In this document: one piece after another, positions 27,401-40,600 of the stretch
Position numbering within the stretch: position 1 is the first letter of the stretch
Layout of the letters: each line of letters starts with the position of its first letter
Origin: Heterodontus francisci
Taxonomy: Eukaryota
Assembly: GCF_036365525.1 (NCBI RefSeq)
Contig: NC_090399.1
Location: 49,508,430-49,572,429, forward strand
DNA length: 64,000 nt
Direction: 5' to 3'
Position numbers and translations under genes: made by a program
Notes under the pieces: model-generated
Told to the model about the DNA's origin: nothing
What the model saw: the letters and a program-made list of their open reading frames with translations, nothing else
Databases searched by the model: none

Positions 27401-28703
27401 GGAATATGAAAGGAATATAGCAGGGATTAGGGAGAGGGGTGGTCAAAGTACCTGCGAAGAGAAAAACCAAGCACGACAAGTTACGGGAAATAAAGGAGAG
27501 AGGAGAGCAGAACCCGAGAAGTAGAGAGGAAAAAAATTAAAATTGTAGATAGAATTGATAGACTCTAGGCCGGTAAAGCAACGAAAATATTCTGACGAGT
27601 GAACAAAGATAAACTCAGATTCCATACGCATGGAAAAAATTAGAATAAATATGAGGACGGTAAAGAGACAATAGAGATAGATCAAAGTTACAGTGAGGTG
27701 ACCCGCGGTGGGATAAAGCTAACTTGTTGACCGGGTCGATTTAGCGTGGCGGAATGCCAAACTCATCTCTAGATTCAGAGAAGTATGGAAGGCGAGTAAA
27801 TGTGTTTGAGGGGCAGAATATCAGTGGGCGCACTGGCAGAGGTATTGTTTTCCAAAATCGATCCAGCGGCAGGCAGGATGCATGGGATGTACATAATGCA
27901 CAGTTCAAAAAGTCGCATTTTGCTCTTTTCTCCCAACTAGATTAACCAGACATGTGCAGATTTCTGCATCCACAGACCTCTATTCATACCTGTCCTTCAC
28001 ATCAGTCGTTGCCATTTATAATACATTTTCGTCACAATTAACTGTCATTGTTTTGTTCTTCCTTAAAAAGAATCGATGTGCTAATACTCACAGTTGCCAC
28101 AATGGAACTCAGTTTGACCCCAATATTCAGAATTGATCTATCTCGCTGTTTGGTCAAGGGCAATTTATGGCAATTTTCAATGTTGGTTGTTTATCCTCGC
28201 CAATGTTTTACTCAAGGATTTCCCTTTCGGCATTGTTTGTTTTCACCGATCCTTCCCTGATAATGCAGAGGTCCCACTGGATGTTTTACAACATAAGGAA
28301 AACTCATTCGATTCAAACTGAACAAGCACAGAGTGCAGATATTTTTCCTGCAATTTACAAGTACCTTAAATAATATAATTGCATTTCACAAATTAAGTTA
28401 AGCTATCCAACATGCGATATTGTCACGCACACCAGAAGTGTGATGATACAACAATCATGGAATAAACCTGAAGAAATATTGTTAAAAAACTATGTTTGAA
28501 CCTTTATTTTAAAAAGTGAGCAATGGTCAAAAATGGCCACCGAAGAAAAAATGGATTGGCCTTTTTGTATTCAAATTGTCTGACAAGGACAAAGGATAAA
28601 TCTTCAAAGCCAAGAAGTGTCAATTGAACCCCATCCTTAAGCATTCCAGAATTGGATGTCTTCTTCTGAAATAAAGAAGGTGTGAAGCCGCCACCATTCA
28701 GGG

Positions 28704-29369
28704 TCATTACGCAATCACCATGGGGAAGAGACCAGAGTTTATCCTAACAGGAGATGAGAAATAATAGAGCTTTAACTTTAATAAGAATGAAAGAGAGAGA
28801 AAGAACATCCAGCAGCTTGTTTTCCAGCCAGCTAGCATGCACATGCCCTGCTGTAGGATCCTACATCTAAACTCGACAGCAGGGAACTAGAAGAGATCCA
28901 CCGTCGCCAACAGAACTTTGAATCACGAGAGAAATCTACAATCATCTCAGCCCTGCACCCACTGAGAACTTGATTTCCAAGAGAGTTCAACAGGATAATC
29001 ATGAGCTCCCTACACCCAGCGCCACCTCCCACCACCAACCCCCTCCCCCATCCCCACCCCCCCACCCCCCCAAACCCCCACTAACAATCACTTCCTCTTT
29101 TTCCCTCCCTATCTTTCTCTTCTTGTGTGTGTGTGCGTGCATAAGCAAATGAGTGAGTGGATGCAAATGCAACAATACGGTATAAGGCATACTGATCAAT
29201 AAACAATTGATTTTCTGATTTTTAAACCTTCAAGAAAATCTGTCGCTGTCTGGTTATTTGAAAAATAAAACACCATGAGATTAAACCCTGATGACAAAAT
29301 GCACTTGCTGTGGTCAGGTTGGGAGTTAAGCAATGGGAACCACCCACATTGCACCACATGGCCATAACA
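28704..29369 (+). mobile_element. Possible solo LTR
   Basis: AATAAA near 29198 and an LTR-like end ..catggccataaca; no TSD or clean TG start seen. Confidence 0.3.
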
Positions 29370-30364
29370 ATGTAAATGTAATTATGCATCAAGAAATTCT
29401 CCTCAATCCATACACCTGACAGTAAATTTGGCAGGTAGAACACTGCACATCTACAAATTGCCCTTTTTTTTAGACGCCTTGTTAGGATGATGGTCACAAG
29501 ATCAGGAGGCCACATCAGACACAGCCACGATTATTTGGAATATATTTCCAGCCACCGTGACTACGCCAGGGTCTGAGAAAAAAAGAATTAAGTTCTACAC
29601 AAGTAGAAGAGCACTTACTGGCACCTAGGGTAAGATCAAATTGTTACTTAAGTACTCTGATCAAATATTAAGGGTAAAATTGCACTGGAAAATAAATTCG
29701 AGAGGTGTACAAACCAGACAAACTATGCCCAGCGATAAATGTGATAAATCACTATGAAATGATTGAAGATTTTCAGGGAACTGATAATTCAGGCAATGTT
29801 ACTGATAAATACCGTGTGGGCTCTGTGCGTATAATGTAGTAAAGTGTCACTTGAATGGCGAAACATGGCCCAATACCTGTCAATGCCTCAGTGGTATCTC
29901 ATATATACTTCTGGAGAAGGGATCTGCTTTAAAGTTGCTTATGATATTTCAGACTGTGGATAAGGCGCTGTCATCAGCATCTTGTGGGTCTTTCAGAAGG
30001 AAAGGTTTTGCTTCAGTTTGTTCCATGACATTTAGTTGTTGCAATGGTTGGACGTGAGCATCTATACATGTAGCAGACAGCACCATTGTGGATTCCAGAG
30101 CCAAAGCTTATTCCGAAGTCTCACAGAATCTGTCCATGCATCTGACCTGTGACTTTAGCATCATGACAGTATACTCCATAATGACGCGCAAAATGGTATG
30201 GAACTGCACAAAATTTGTTTGTAGGGCATTTTGTTCTGGAAATACACAGGGATCATTAACCGTTCCTAAAGTGGCTATCCCTGGCATCCAGCAATTCAGA
30301 TGTAAACTTTCCTTGGACCCTGTAATGTACGAAGCATTCTGAACTGTATCTGTATGAAGGAATT

Positions 30365-31030
30365 ATACGAAAATAAGAATGGGGAGCGGGAGTAGGCCAC
30401 CAGACCCCTCGAGCCGGCTCTGCCATTCAATAGGTTCATGGCTAAACTGATTACTCCACATTTCCACCTCCCCAAATAACCTTCCACCCCCTTGCTTATC
30501 AAAAATCTATTTATCTCTGCCTTAAAAATATTCAAAGATTCTGCATCTACAGCCTTTATAGGAAGAGAATTCCAAAGAGTCACGACCCTCTGAGAGAAAA
30601 AAATTCTCCTCATCTCTGTCTTAAATGGGTGATCCCTTATTTTTAAACAGTGACCCCTAGCTCTAGATTCTCCCACAAGAGGAAACATCCTTTCCACATC
30701 CACCCTTTCAAGATCCTTCAGGATCTTATATGTTTCAATCAAGCCGCCTCTTACTCTTCTAAATTGCAGCGGATACATGTCTAGCCTGTCCAATCGGACC
30801 TAATAAGACAGCCCACCTTTTCCAGGTATTAGTCTAGTAACAAAAGAAAAAAACAACATAGGAAATAGAAACAGGAGTGGGCCATTCAGCCCCTCAAGCC
30901 TGCCCCGACATTCAATAAGATCGTGGCTGATCTGCCCAGACCTCAACTCTTCTTTCGTGTTAGCTCTTCATAACCGTCAACTCCCCGTTATTTCCAATAT
31001 CTATCGACCTCCTCTTTAAAAACTTTCAGT
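30365..31030 (-). mobile_element. Two adjacent CR1 3' fragments (30365-30840, 30845-31030)
   Basis: ORF 30296-30793 is the CR1 C-terminus; second tail aacataggaaatagaaacaggagtgggccattcagccc. Confidence 0.85.
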
Positions 31031-31629
31031 GTCCGAGTGTGAATCCATACTATTAATTAATTAATTAATATTAATTAATATCTGGGACATTTCTTGATCT
31101 TTTAAGTAGTTTAATGCAATGTACAACTTAACAATTGTATTTGCCATTCTTGTCTATTCTTTACTGTTTTTATAAAAGTATGCGCCTTCTTAATGGAGCG
31201 AACAGAGAAGGTTGGCCCCAGATGTACAATCCGAAAAGATGTAATCCGCCTTACATATCGCAAGGTACTCAGTCTCGAGAAGATTCCAGTAAAGATATAG
31301 AATTAAATACTGACCGTTAATAAAACGTGGACTGAGTATTTAAGACGGTTCAATGGCAAGATAAATAGGATACCGAAAAAAATTACTGGCGTGTGGTACA
31401 AATTCCGTATAGTACTTATGCGAGTCATATGAAACAAACCAGCATATGGTTTTAATATTTTAACCCAATTAATATTCAAGCATTGTTCAAAATGTACAAA
31501 TTATAATTCACATATACAGCATAAACAATCGTTCAATAGTTCTTATTCGCTATTAAGGTGACGGATGAGATTGTTAAACGGGTGCATATTGTTTTGAGTC
31601 ATGGGTGAGAGCTTGAGTCATAAGTTGTT

Positions 31630-32520
31630 TTCTGCACAAAGGCAGTGACGATACCTCGAGTTTATTTCAGTGGCGGTGCAAATCCATTTTCACACATGTC
31701 AGTCATAGCAAACGGTATCAAAACCTTGCGAAAACCGTCTGACAATTCGGGGAATTCTGTTCGCACTTGGACGCAAAACTCAGGCAACTGCTTTTGTTGG
31801 AACTCATCATTTGGAAGCGCAATAGGTTCTCTTGTTCTTTTATCGACAATTCTTGTGACATGGATACTGCAGAAAAATCTGTTAAATTGTCGTGGATCCA
31901 ACTGTTTGCATTTCCCATTAAGCCAAAATAATCAAGTAATTGTCTCACCAGCCAGATATTGCTTGACGTCAAATTTACCACTGCCCTGCAACTGCAGTTC
32001 ATTGGTTGCCATGAATTCAAGCATGCTTGGGAAAATTCCAGTGCTGTTTTCTCCACAAAGCGAGACCAGAATTCCAGCTTTTTTTCCATCAACTCAATTT
32101 TTTCCTGGGCATTGACCCTTGAAATCCAAAGTTTAGCTGATTTAGGCGAGAGAATATACTGACAAGTAGCCCAATGGTGAGGCCGTGTCATGCAGAGACT
32201 TATATAGTGGAAATGTGTGTTCTGTAAAGAATAACCTTGAGCTCAGAGTGAAGTTCCAAAAGACGTGCCCAGAAAATATCCTGGAATTCAAGGGTCCAGC
32301 TATTTTTTCGAATGTTTACCATCTGCCTGGCATTTTCCAGGATCTTCTTCGAGTTGGTAGGCATATTTTTAGCAGAGTGCTTCCCTATGCATACGTCACT
32401 ACACCCAGATTGTATTGGAAGGGAGTGCTCTTATACGAGTCGCTACTCCATTGTAACTGGCAGTCATTGACGCGGGCTGTAATAACTCAGTAGTTCTCCG
32501 TGTCTGGAGATGTACAGGGC
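31630..32520 (-). mobile_element. hAT (Buster/Charlie-type) transposase remnant
   Basis: C-terminal dimerisation motif LPEFCVQVRTEFPELS..KVLIPFAMTDMCENGF (ORF 31662-31901). Confidence 0.75.
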
Positions 32521-33184
32521 ACAAATGACGCAGCAAACACTTATTGAAGCTTCCAGAGCGACTGGGTTACTTGAAACGCGGCCCAGATCATGACGATGAT
32601 GTCACACCAATCTTAGTTCCTTTTTTTTGGTACAGCAGTAACATCAGAGACCTCTCACGCGATTCACTGCCAAGTCAGTTCATTTCAGGCTGCTGTAATA
32701 TCGACACTACTCCGTGTTGGAAAGGGGAACATCGACCAGGATGACCAGCTATTGTGCTGGACTTAGCATCAGATTGTTTTCTTTTCAATTGAATTTCTTT
32801 TGAATCAAGCTGCCGAAAACATTCTGGAGAGTTTATTTCTGTAATCTGACATTTCCCATCACCAAAGAAACTGATCTCAAAGACGGCAATGATAAGATGA
32901 TTGATGTATTTATAAAATTGATATATAGCATTCTGGAAAACAGAATGTCGTCTTTAAAGCTAGTCCGCTACAAATCACAATATTCCCAATCCTAAATGTT
33001 GCATGTTATTCTTTTCCCAGTGGATACGTAGCCGTTGTGCAATTGTTTGTGGATTATAAACTGTATCAATCTGTCCCTGTCCTTTGATGTTAGCCGCAGT
33101 AAGAATTGTTTATTTTGTTCAAATACGCCTTGGGGGCAATGAATTAATAATCAAAGAGTTTTGAGCAAGGAAACCAAATAATCA

Positions 33185-33450
33185 ATAAACAACAACGACA
33201 TGTGTGTATATAGTGCCTTTGACGTAATAAAACGACACAAGACGCTTCACGGGAGCATTAAGTCAGATGACCAAAAGCTTGCTCAAAGAGGTAGGTTTTA
33301 AGGAGTGTATTAAAGAAAGAAAGTGAGACGGAGACGTGCAGGGAGGGATGTCCAGAGGTCAGAGCCCAGGCAACAGAAGGCACGGCCACCAACGGTGGAG
33401 AGAGGTAAAAGGGAGTACTCGAAAGGCCAGAATTAGGTGAGCACAGACCA
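33185..33450 (-). mobile_element. L2 3' fragment
   Basis: LLKTYLFEQAF C-terminal motif (ORF 33258-33656) and aacaac tail. Confidence 0.7.
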
Positions 33451-34861
33451 AAAATGGTTGTTGGTCCAAGGAACGACCTTTTGCACCTTGAATCATAATT
33501 AGTCAAATTAGAAATTCCTTGTATTTTTAAATGAGACTTGCAGCCCAATTCAGGGTCTTTGAAGGGGCTAAATGCTGTGGATGCCATAGAATACGCCATT
33601 AGTTTGGAGTTGAGAAGCAAGCCAATTAGTGCGTTAAACACGTCAGTATCATGCAAATAACACCAATAACAAGAAAAAACAGGTTGTAGAGGTGTTCTTT
33701 ATTGATCAGAACTTTCATTACCCAAAACCTGTGAATTATCAAAACATGTCCTGACCCAGTTAGCTCAGATAATTAAACTTCCGCTGCAACAAAGAATGTT
33801 ATTGTTCAGTGGCACTGTTTGAGACTGAACAAACCAATGCGAACTAATCAGATCTCACCCCGTCCCCTAGCTTCAAAAAAATAAAATTGCAGATAGTAAG
33901 CATTGTCCATAATATTATATGGCACATTCCTCAGGATGCTTGCTATATTTCCGTAACATTAGCCTGTAATGCAACACTTTGAGTGGGGTTTACGCAAAGT
34001 TCAACACCACAGAAGCCAGCCTTTGCAATTCTCCCCCTCCCACAAGCGCCGTTCCTGCATAATGCAAAACAAAATCTCTGCACGATAAATCGACATACTA
34101 ATTTATGTGGGCAATAGATCAATAAAAATGGCAGACTCATGTTATGTTATAATGGTAGGAACTACCTATATTATGGTCATCCAAACTTGTAGAAATTGTC
34201 CTATAATTCTCGCTGAAGCTTTTACAATGAAATTATGGCAAATGTAAAGGGCAAAAGTACATCATGATCTGCTGATGTGGCAGATTAGGCGCATTTCCAT
34301 TCTTACTCAATATTTATTATTTTAAGGAAATAAAATGAAAGCAAATTGACTCGGTTCCTTTTGGAATCCAGCTTTTACTGGATAAGTGCAGTTCTATTTC
34401 AGCAAAACAAATAATAAATCACTGAATTCTTCCTGTAAGTCAAATGAAAGGATTTAAATGAGACTTGTCACTCAATTCAGGGTCATTAAAAGGGCAAATT
34501 TCTGTGCATGCTGGAGAATACGCCATGATGTAGTTGGAGTCTAGAATTTAGCCAAGGGAGTGTGTGAGAACGGTTGGAGGAGAGGAGCAAGAGGATACAC
34601 CGCCATTTCACAATTTCTTCAGCGTATCCCCCAGGGATGTCTCACGTATCCCCCAAAGGCACACGTACCACAGCTAGGTAACTGCTGATTTAAACCAACA
34701 TGTTGACATAGTTGATTCCACACGCATGTTAAGATCTATTCTATCATCTGCATTAGTATTTTGCAATGTTATGAATACTGATTCATTGATTGATTCGTTG
34801 ATTTGTCGATTCTTTTATTCTGTGATTTCAGGATTGACTAATTCATTGGGACAGTTTTGAT

Positions 34862-35000
34862 AAAAGCAAAATACTGCGGATGCTGGAAATCTGAAATAAA
34901 AACAAGAAATGCTGGAACCACTCAGCAGGCCTGGCAGCATCTGTGGAACGAGAAGCAGAGTTAACATTTCGGGTCAGTGACCCTTCTTCGGAACAAGCAA
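34862..35000 (-). mobile_element. Penelope-like element terminal fragment with degenerate hammerhead
   Basis: Minus: ccgaagaagggtcactgacccgaaatgttaactct..acagatgctgccaggcctgctgagt..ccagcatttcttgtttttatt. Confidence 0.6.
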
Positions 35001-35289
35001 ATATTAGAAATGTCAAACCTGAAGGTGGCTGGACAATTCGACAAGTTAGTCAAGAAGGCGTACTGGATACTTGCCTTTATTAGCTGAGGCATAGAATATA
35101 AGAGCTGGGAGGTTATGCTGGAACTGTATAAAACACTAGTTAGGCCATAGCTGGAGGACTACGTGCAGTTCTGGCCAGCGCACTTGACAGGATAGAGAGG
35201 ACATTCACAAGGATACAAAAGCAAAATATGGGAGATGTTGGAAAGCTGAAAGAAAAATAGGAAATGCTGGAAATGCTGAAGAAGCGAAT

Positions 35290-36460
35290 TTCTATCTACT
35301 CACCTTGCTGACAACTCCCCTAAACCAATTCCCGGGAGTAAGGGGAGGGTGAACAATGGGAAGGGTCCACTTGTGGTGGAGTGCTGTCGATCCACATTAA
35401 TTTCCGAATAAATAAACATCTTCTCAGTGGTTATTTTCAGCTAGGCCGCAGCACGATGCAGAAAACCTAAGTGTAACAGGGCCAATGCCCATTCAGATCA
35501 GGGCAGCCCAACCTCTCGGAAAGGTCCAAAGAAAGGCATTGCCCAGTCAGTAGAAGATACAAGGCGCCTAACCTTTGCTTTACCGGACAGGACACTTGAA
35601 AAACGATGGAACCAATTTCAGGTCCGACATCCTTGGGGCGCTGGTTGATAGTTCCTGAAACCGAGGCATGTTGCATTTTTTGTCAGCCATAAAGTACGTG
35701 CCATTGGGTTCAATTTCTGCACCTCGATCTATTTCACGGCTGGGCCTATAGGCAACTGAATGCAAAACATTACGAGGTAGGCCAACGAGGACTGGAATGA
35801 TTCAGAGACCTCAAATATTGCTTGGCATCGTGACGTCACTGCTGCAGGAATTGTGGGGAGAGTTCAGAAGGTCAGATGGACGGTCTCAGGAAATATACAA
35901 CAATCCACTTAGATTGCCCTCTTTGGGAAGGGAAGGCTTTAAACACATTGTCCCGGTTCAAAGCCTGAAAGGGGCAACTTGTTCCGTACATTCTGGAGGC
36001 CGGCTACCGACGGGTGGAGGATAGATGTTATTGCAGAAGCCGCAACAATCCTCACTTCGCTATTGCTCCTTCACCCCATTGCAAGCAAATACAGGGAGAG
36101 GCGGAGGGAGAATGTAGTATTAACCCTGAAACCTCAGTGGCAGGTGGAATGACAAAACTTTCTGCACCAAACTCATTGCCCGGATAAATCTTCCAAGTCG
36201 TTCAGTATCAATTTACTAACAGCTGCACGGCTGCCAATAGCAGACCGATAAAATCAACACTGTATTGTCCACAACCACTTGCAATGGAATTCCCTGGCAG
36301 CTGGAGCTGGAGGTCGGGCTCATTTTTGTAGGTGTCTCCAATATTCCAAAAATACACGAATTCCTGCATAACGCCGGGAGAAAAATGAGCACACTGGCGG
36401 CATCTGGAAGCAGTTTGTTGGATGTTGGCCCCAGAAATGTCAGCAGCAGAGACCACAATT
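35290..36460 (-). mobile_element. Degenerate Gypsy-type integrase/chromodomain remnant
   Basis: Fragments ADKKCNMPRF..LST, LKLVPSFF (cf. KLAPRF.GP), VVVD; heavily mutated. Confidence 0.45.
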
Positions 36461-36489
36461 TTCAACTTCACCTCCTGACAGATCCCTCA

Positions 36490-38833
36490 CTCCACCATTA
36501 CCTTCAAATCTTGGTTCAATGAGGAGTGTAGTGGAGCATGCTACGAGCAGCACCAGGCATACCTAAAAATGTGGTACCAACCTGGTGAAGCTACAAGGCA
36601 GGACGACATGCTAAAGAGTAGAAGCAGCATGCAATGGACAGAGCAAAGCAATCCCACAATCAATGGATAAGCTCAAAGCTCTGCAGCCCAGCTACATTCA
36701 GCCTTGAATGGGGGTGGATAATTAATCAATGGGAGGAGGAGGCTCCACGAACATTCCCATCCAGAATGATGGTAGAGCCCAGCACGTCAGTGTAAAAGAC
36801 AAGGCTGAAACTTTTGCAACCACCTTCAGCAAGAAGTGCCGAGTGGATGATCTATCTCAGCCTCCTGCTGAGGTTCCCAGCATCATAGCTGCCAGTTGTT
36901 AGCCAATTCGATTCGCTCCATAAGATATCAAGAAACAGCTGAGTGCCCTGTACACAGGAAAGAGTATGGGCCCCCACAAGATCCCACCTGTCTTGCTGGA
37001 GACTTCTGCTCCAGCGTAGCCATGCCTCTAGATGAGGTGATCCAGTACAGCAACAACATTGGCATCTGTTCAACAACTGGCAACTTACCCAAGTATGTCA
37101 TGTACTCAAAAAAAACAGCACAAATCCAATCCAACCAATTACTGCCCCTTCAATCTACTCTCAATCCTCAGCAAAGTGATGGAAGGTGACATCAATAGTA
37201 TTATCAAGCTGCACTAACTTGGCAATAACCTCATCACAAATCCTCAGTCTGGGTTCCACCAGGACAACTAGACTCCAGATCTCATTACAGCATTCGACCA
37301 AACATGGAAAAAAGAGCTGAATTCCAGATGTCAGGTGATACTAACTACCCTTGACATCAAGACAGCATTTTGCCAAGTGTGGCATCAAGACGACTGAGTA
37401 AAATTGTAGTCAATGGGAATCAAGGGTAAATTCTCCACTCGATGGAGTCATAACTAGAACAAAGGAAATTTTTGCACTTGTTGGAAATCGATCATCTCAG
37501 TCATTGTTGTAGCAGTTCCTTAACATATGTCCTGGGCCCAACCATCTTCAGCTGCTTCATTAATGACTTTCCCTCCATCATAAGGTCAGACATGGGGATG
37601 TTTGCTGATAATTGCACAGTGTGCATTCCCATTCATAGCTCCTGAGATGATGAACTAGTCTGTGCCGGAATTCAGCAAGGCCTGGACAATATTCAATCTT
37701 GGTCTGATAGGTGACTACTTATATTAGCCACACACAAGGGCCAGGCGATGACCATCTCTAACAGGAGAGTATCTAACTATCTCCCCTTGATGTTCAACAT
37801 CATTACCATCACCAAATCCCCTCCGATCAACATCCTGGGGTTGTCATTGACCAGAAATTTAACTGGACCAGCCACATAAATACTGTAGCGACAATAGCAA
37901 TCAGGGGCTTGGAATTCTGCAGAGCGTAACTCACCTTTTGACTCCTCAGAGCCTATCCACCATCCCAGAAGGCACAAGTCAAAGTGTAATGGAATAGCCC
38001 CAACTTCCCGAGACGAGTCGAGCTCCAATGACTTTCAAGAAGATCGACACCATCCAGGACAAAGCAGCACAATTCTTTGGCACCCCATCCAACACCTTAA
38101 ACGTTGATTCCCTCCACCACCAGTGCACAGTGGCTGCAGTGTGTATCATTTACAAGAGCCACTGCAGCAACTCACCAAGGACCAGCTCAACAGCTCCTTC
38201 CAAACCCGCAATCTTTACCATCCAGAAGACCAAGGGCAACACCACATGGGAACACCTCTACCCGCAAGTTCCTCTCCACCACACATACCATCCTGACTAG
38301 ATTACACAGTGGCGCAGTGGTTGTGCACCGCAGCCTCACAGCTCCAGGGACCAGGGTTCGATTCCGGGTACTGCCTGTGTGGAGTTTGCAAGTTCTCCCT
38401 GTGTCTGCGTAGGTTTTCTCCGGGTGCTCCGGTTTCCTGCCAAAAGACTTGCAGGTTGGTAGGTAAATTGGCCATTATAAATTGTCACTAGTATAGGTAG
38501 GTGATAGGGAAATACAGGGACAGGTGGGGATGTTTGGTAGGAATATGGGATTAGTGTAGGATTAGTACAAATGGGTGGTTGGTGGTCGGCACAGACTCGG
38601 TGGGCCGAAGGGCCTGTTTCAGTGCTGTATCTCTAATCTGATTACCATTCCTTCACTCTCACTGGGTCAAAGTTCTGGAACGCCCTCCCTCACTGTACTT
38701 TGGTTGTACCTACAGCACACGGACTGCAGCAGTTGAAGAAATCGGCTCACCACCATCTTCTCGTGGGTAATTAGGGATAGGCAATAAATGCTGGCCTTGC
38801 CAGCGATGCCTAAATCCCATGAATGAATAAAAA
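36490..38833 (+). mobile_element. L2/CR1-superfamily LINE, 5'-truncated and degraded
   Basis: RT remnants (LDIKTAF..VWHQ, LGPTIFSCFIND, MFADNC); tail gcaataaatgctggccttgccagcg..atcccatgaatgaataaaaaa. Confidence 0.82.
38305..38640 (+). mobile_element. HE1-type V-SINE nested in LINE
   Basis: Near-identical to 15434-15767; possible TSD gattac (38300-38305 and 38640-38645). Confidence 0.9.
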
Positions 38834-39354
38834 AGTCCTTAGAAGTGGGATGGGGAGGCAGGGCCCAGGAGGGGCATTGCAGGCCAGCGGTTTATTGTTT
38901 CCAGAGGAGAACTCTTGCTCCACAGTATCAAATATACCTTTCAGGGCCTTTGCCAACACTAATGGAACTGCTAGAACGTGCATGGAGCCCAACGTTCATT
39001 CCAAATGATCCACCAAGGACTGGCCCGAGGCAACATTACCCTGGCTACATTGACAGCAGGGATGGACTAGTCAGTAATTCTGCACCAATTTAGGGATTTT
39101 TTCCGCCCTTGTTCAGTTGGGTGGTTGACCTGATTATTCAGTCCTGTACAGTCCATGCAATATGTCTCAAAAGCAAATAGCATCAATCGCCTATGCCACC
39201 AATAGTAATTATTTTTCCCCACAGAGCCTAGAATCGTTGTTTGCTTTTGCATTCTATCTCAGATAATGGCCCCCTTCTGTTACGTATCATAACCTAGAAT
39301 TTCAGTCCAACGTTCTTCCTTCTTAAGGCAGTACTAACAATAACTTATTGTATT

Positions 39355-39580
39355 TAATAAAAACAAAAAATGCTGGAAACAATCAGCAGGTCCGACAGCA
39401 TCTGTGGAGAGAGATGCAGGGTTAACGTTTCAGGTCAGTGACCTTTCATCAGAACTGGCAAAGATTAGAAATGTAATAGGTTTTAAGCAAATAAAGCGAG
39501 GGTGGGGCAAGAGATAACAAAAGGGAAGGTGTTGATAGACCAGAGGGTCAGAGAATACCTGACAGGAAGGCTCTTGGAGG
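39355..39580 (-). mobile_element. Penelope-like element terminal fragment
   Basis: Same family as 34862-35000; carries a CTGATGA..GAAA core. Confidence 0.6.
39418..39457 (-). ncRNA. Minimal type I hammerhead ribozyme motif (PLE-associated)
   Basis: Minus: cagtt CTGATGA a aggtca-c-tgacct GAAA cgtt aac; palindromic stem III (aacgtt). Confidence 0.55.
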
Positions 39581-40489
39581 ACAAGAGCTGGAATTCTACC
39601 TGAAGAAGTTCAGAGTTTTGAAGAAGTTTGTGGTTGTTCAGTGCCATCTATTGTTGTATCTGGTAATTAATGTGTAATCTGTAAATCATATATATTGACT
39701 GTGATTTATCTGTTAATCATTAATTTATGTTGATTTTGCTTTGATGTTAGAGTAGAAGTTATAAAAGTGGAATCCTGTCCATTTTTTTTTTATTTTCGGT
39801 AAATTCGGTTCCTTTTGTTTATTGATCTCCGCGAGGCTCATAACAGTGTTTGTGCATCTGTATGTAACGCTGTGTTTTCCTGTGCATAATACTGACCTGG
39901 GAGTACTAGAAGGTATCTAGTTCCACGCACCGGTAGCCCTCACCTTAAGGATGATAAAGGAGAAAACATGAAAATTCTAACACACTTTTTAATGTGTTTA
40001 ACAGTAACGTTCAAGGGGGTGATCAAGCAATGGAAAATGTAATTAAAACACAATAGATATACCAGAAAATATAAATTGGTGCTTTAATGTTTAGAAAAAA
40101 TGAAGCCCCGTTTAGGATTACTCTGTTCCTTGGTGTGATGTAGCGTTTTTACTGATGATACTAAACAACAACTGTGAATGCCCAAATCTCAGAAGGATCA
40201 CACCAGTTAATTTGGATCTTTCAACAAAAAAAAATGCTAAAAAGTCAACGTGACATTCTGGCTGTTTTTAATAGATGTTTGCATCACTAGTGGGATGAAA
40301 CGTATTCCCTAATCATTATTGCACCAAGAGCAGGTACATAATATGCTTATTCATACAGCTGTAACTAATGTTAATTACTATGTAATCATCTCATGAGACC
40401 TTTGTTAGATATATATATATATAAAAATGTGTGTGTGTGTGTGTGCATGAGGGTTTGATCTGAATACATTTCGGCCCTGCTCATAGAAA

Positions 40490-40559
40490 ATGGGAAGTTC
40501 AATACTGACACAGATAGAAGAAATCTACTACCCTCTTCTTGCACTGCTTGGTATTCCTG
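40490..40559 (+). CDS. GPR139-like GPCR gene 2, coding exon 1 (MGSSILTQIEEIYYPLLALLGIP)
   Basis: ATG at 40490; consensus phase-1 donor G|gtaagt at 40560; same 70-nt length as gene 1 exon 1. Confidence 0.9.
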
Positions 40560-40600
40560 GTAAGTTATTCTCAGTAATTGTTTATCTTTGCGAGTGTTTA

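Larger units (their letters stand above)
23700..34860 (+). repeat. Segmental-duplication unit copy 2 (no GPCR exons found)
   Basis: Collinear with 8660-21860, including shared old L2 and hAT insertions and flanks beyond them. Confidence 0.78.

Noticed and set aside
39278-39845. Possible solo LTR (tgttac...cataaca)
   Set aside because: No TSD and interrupted by a PLE fragment; evidence insufficient
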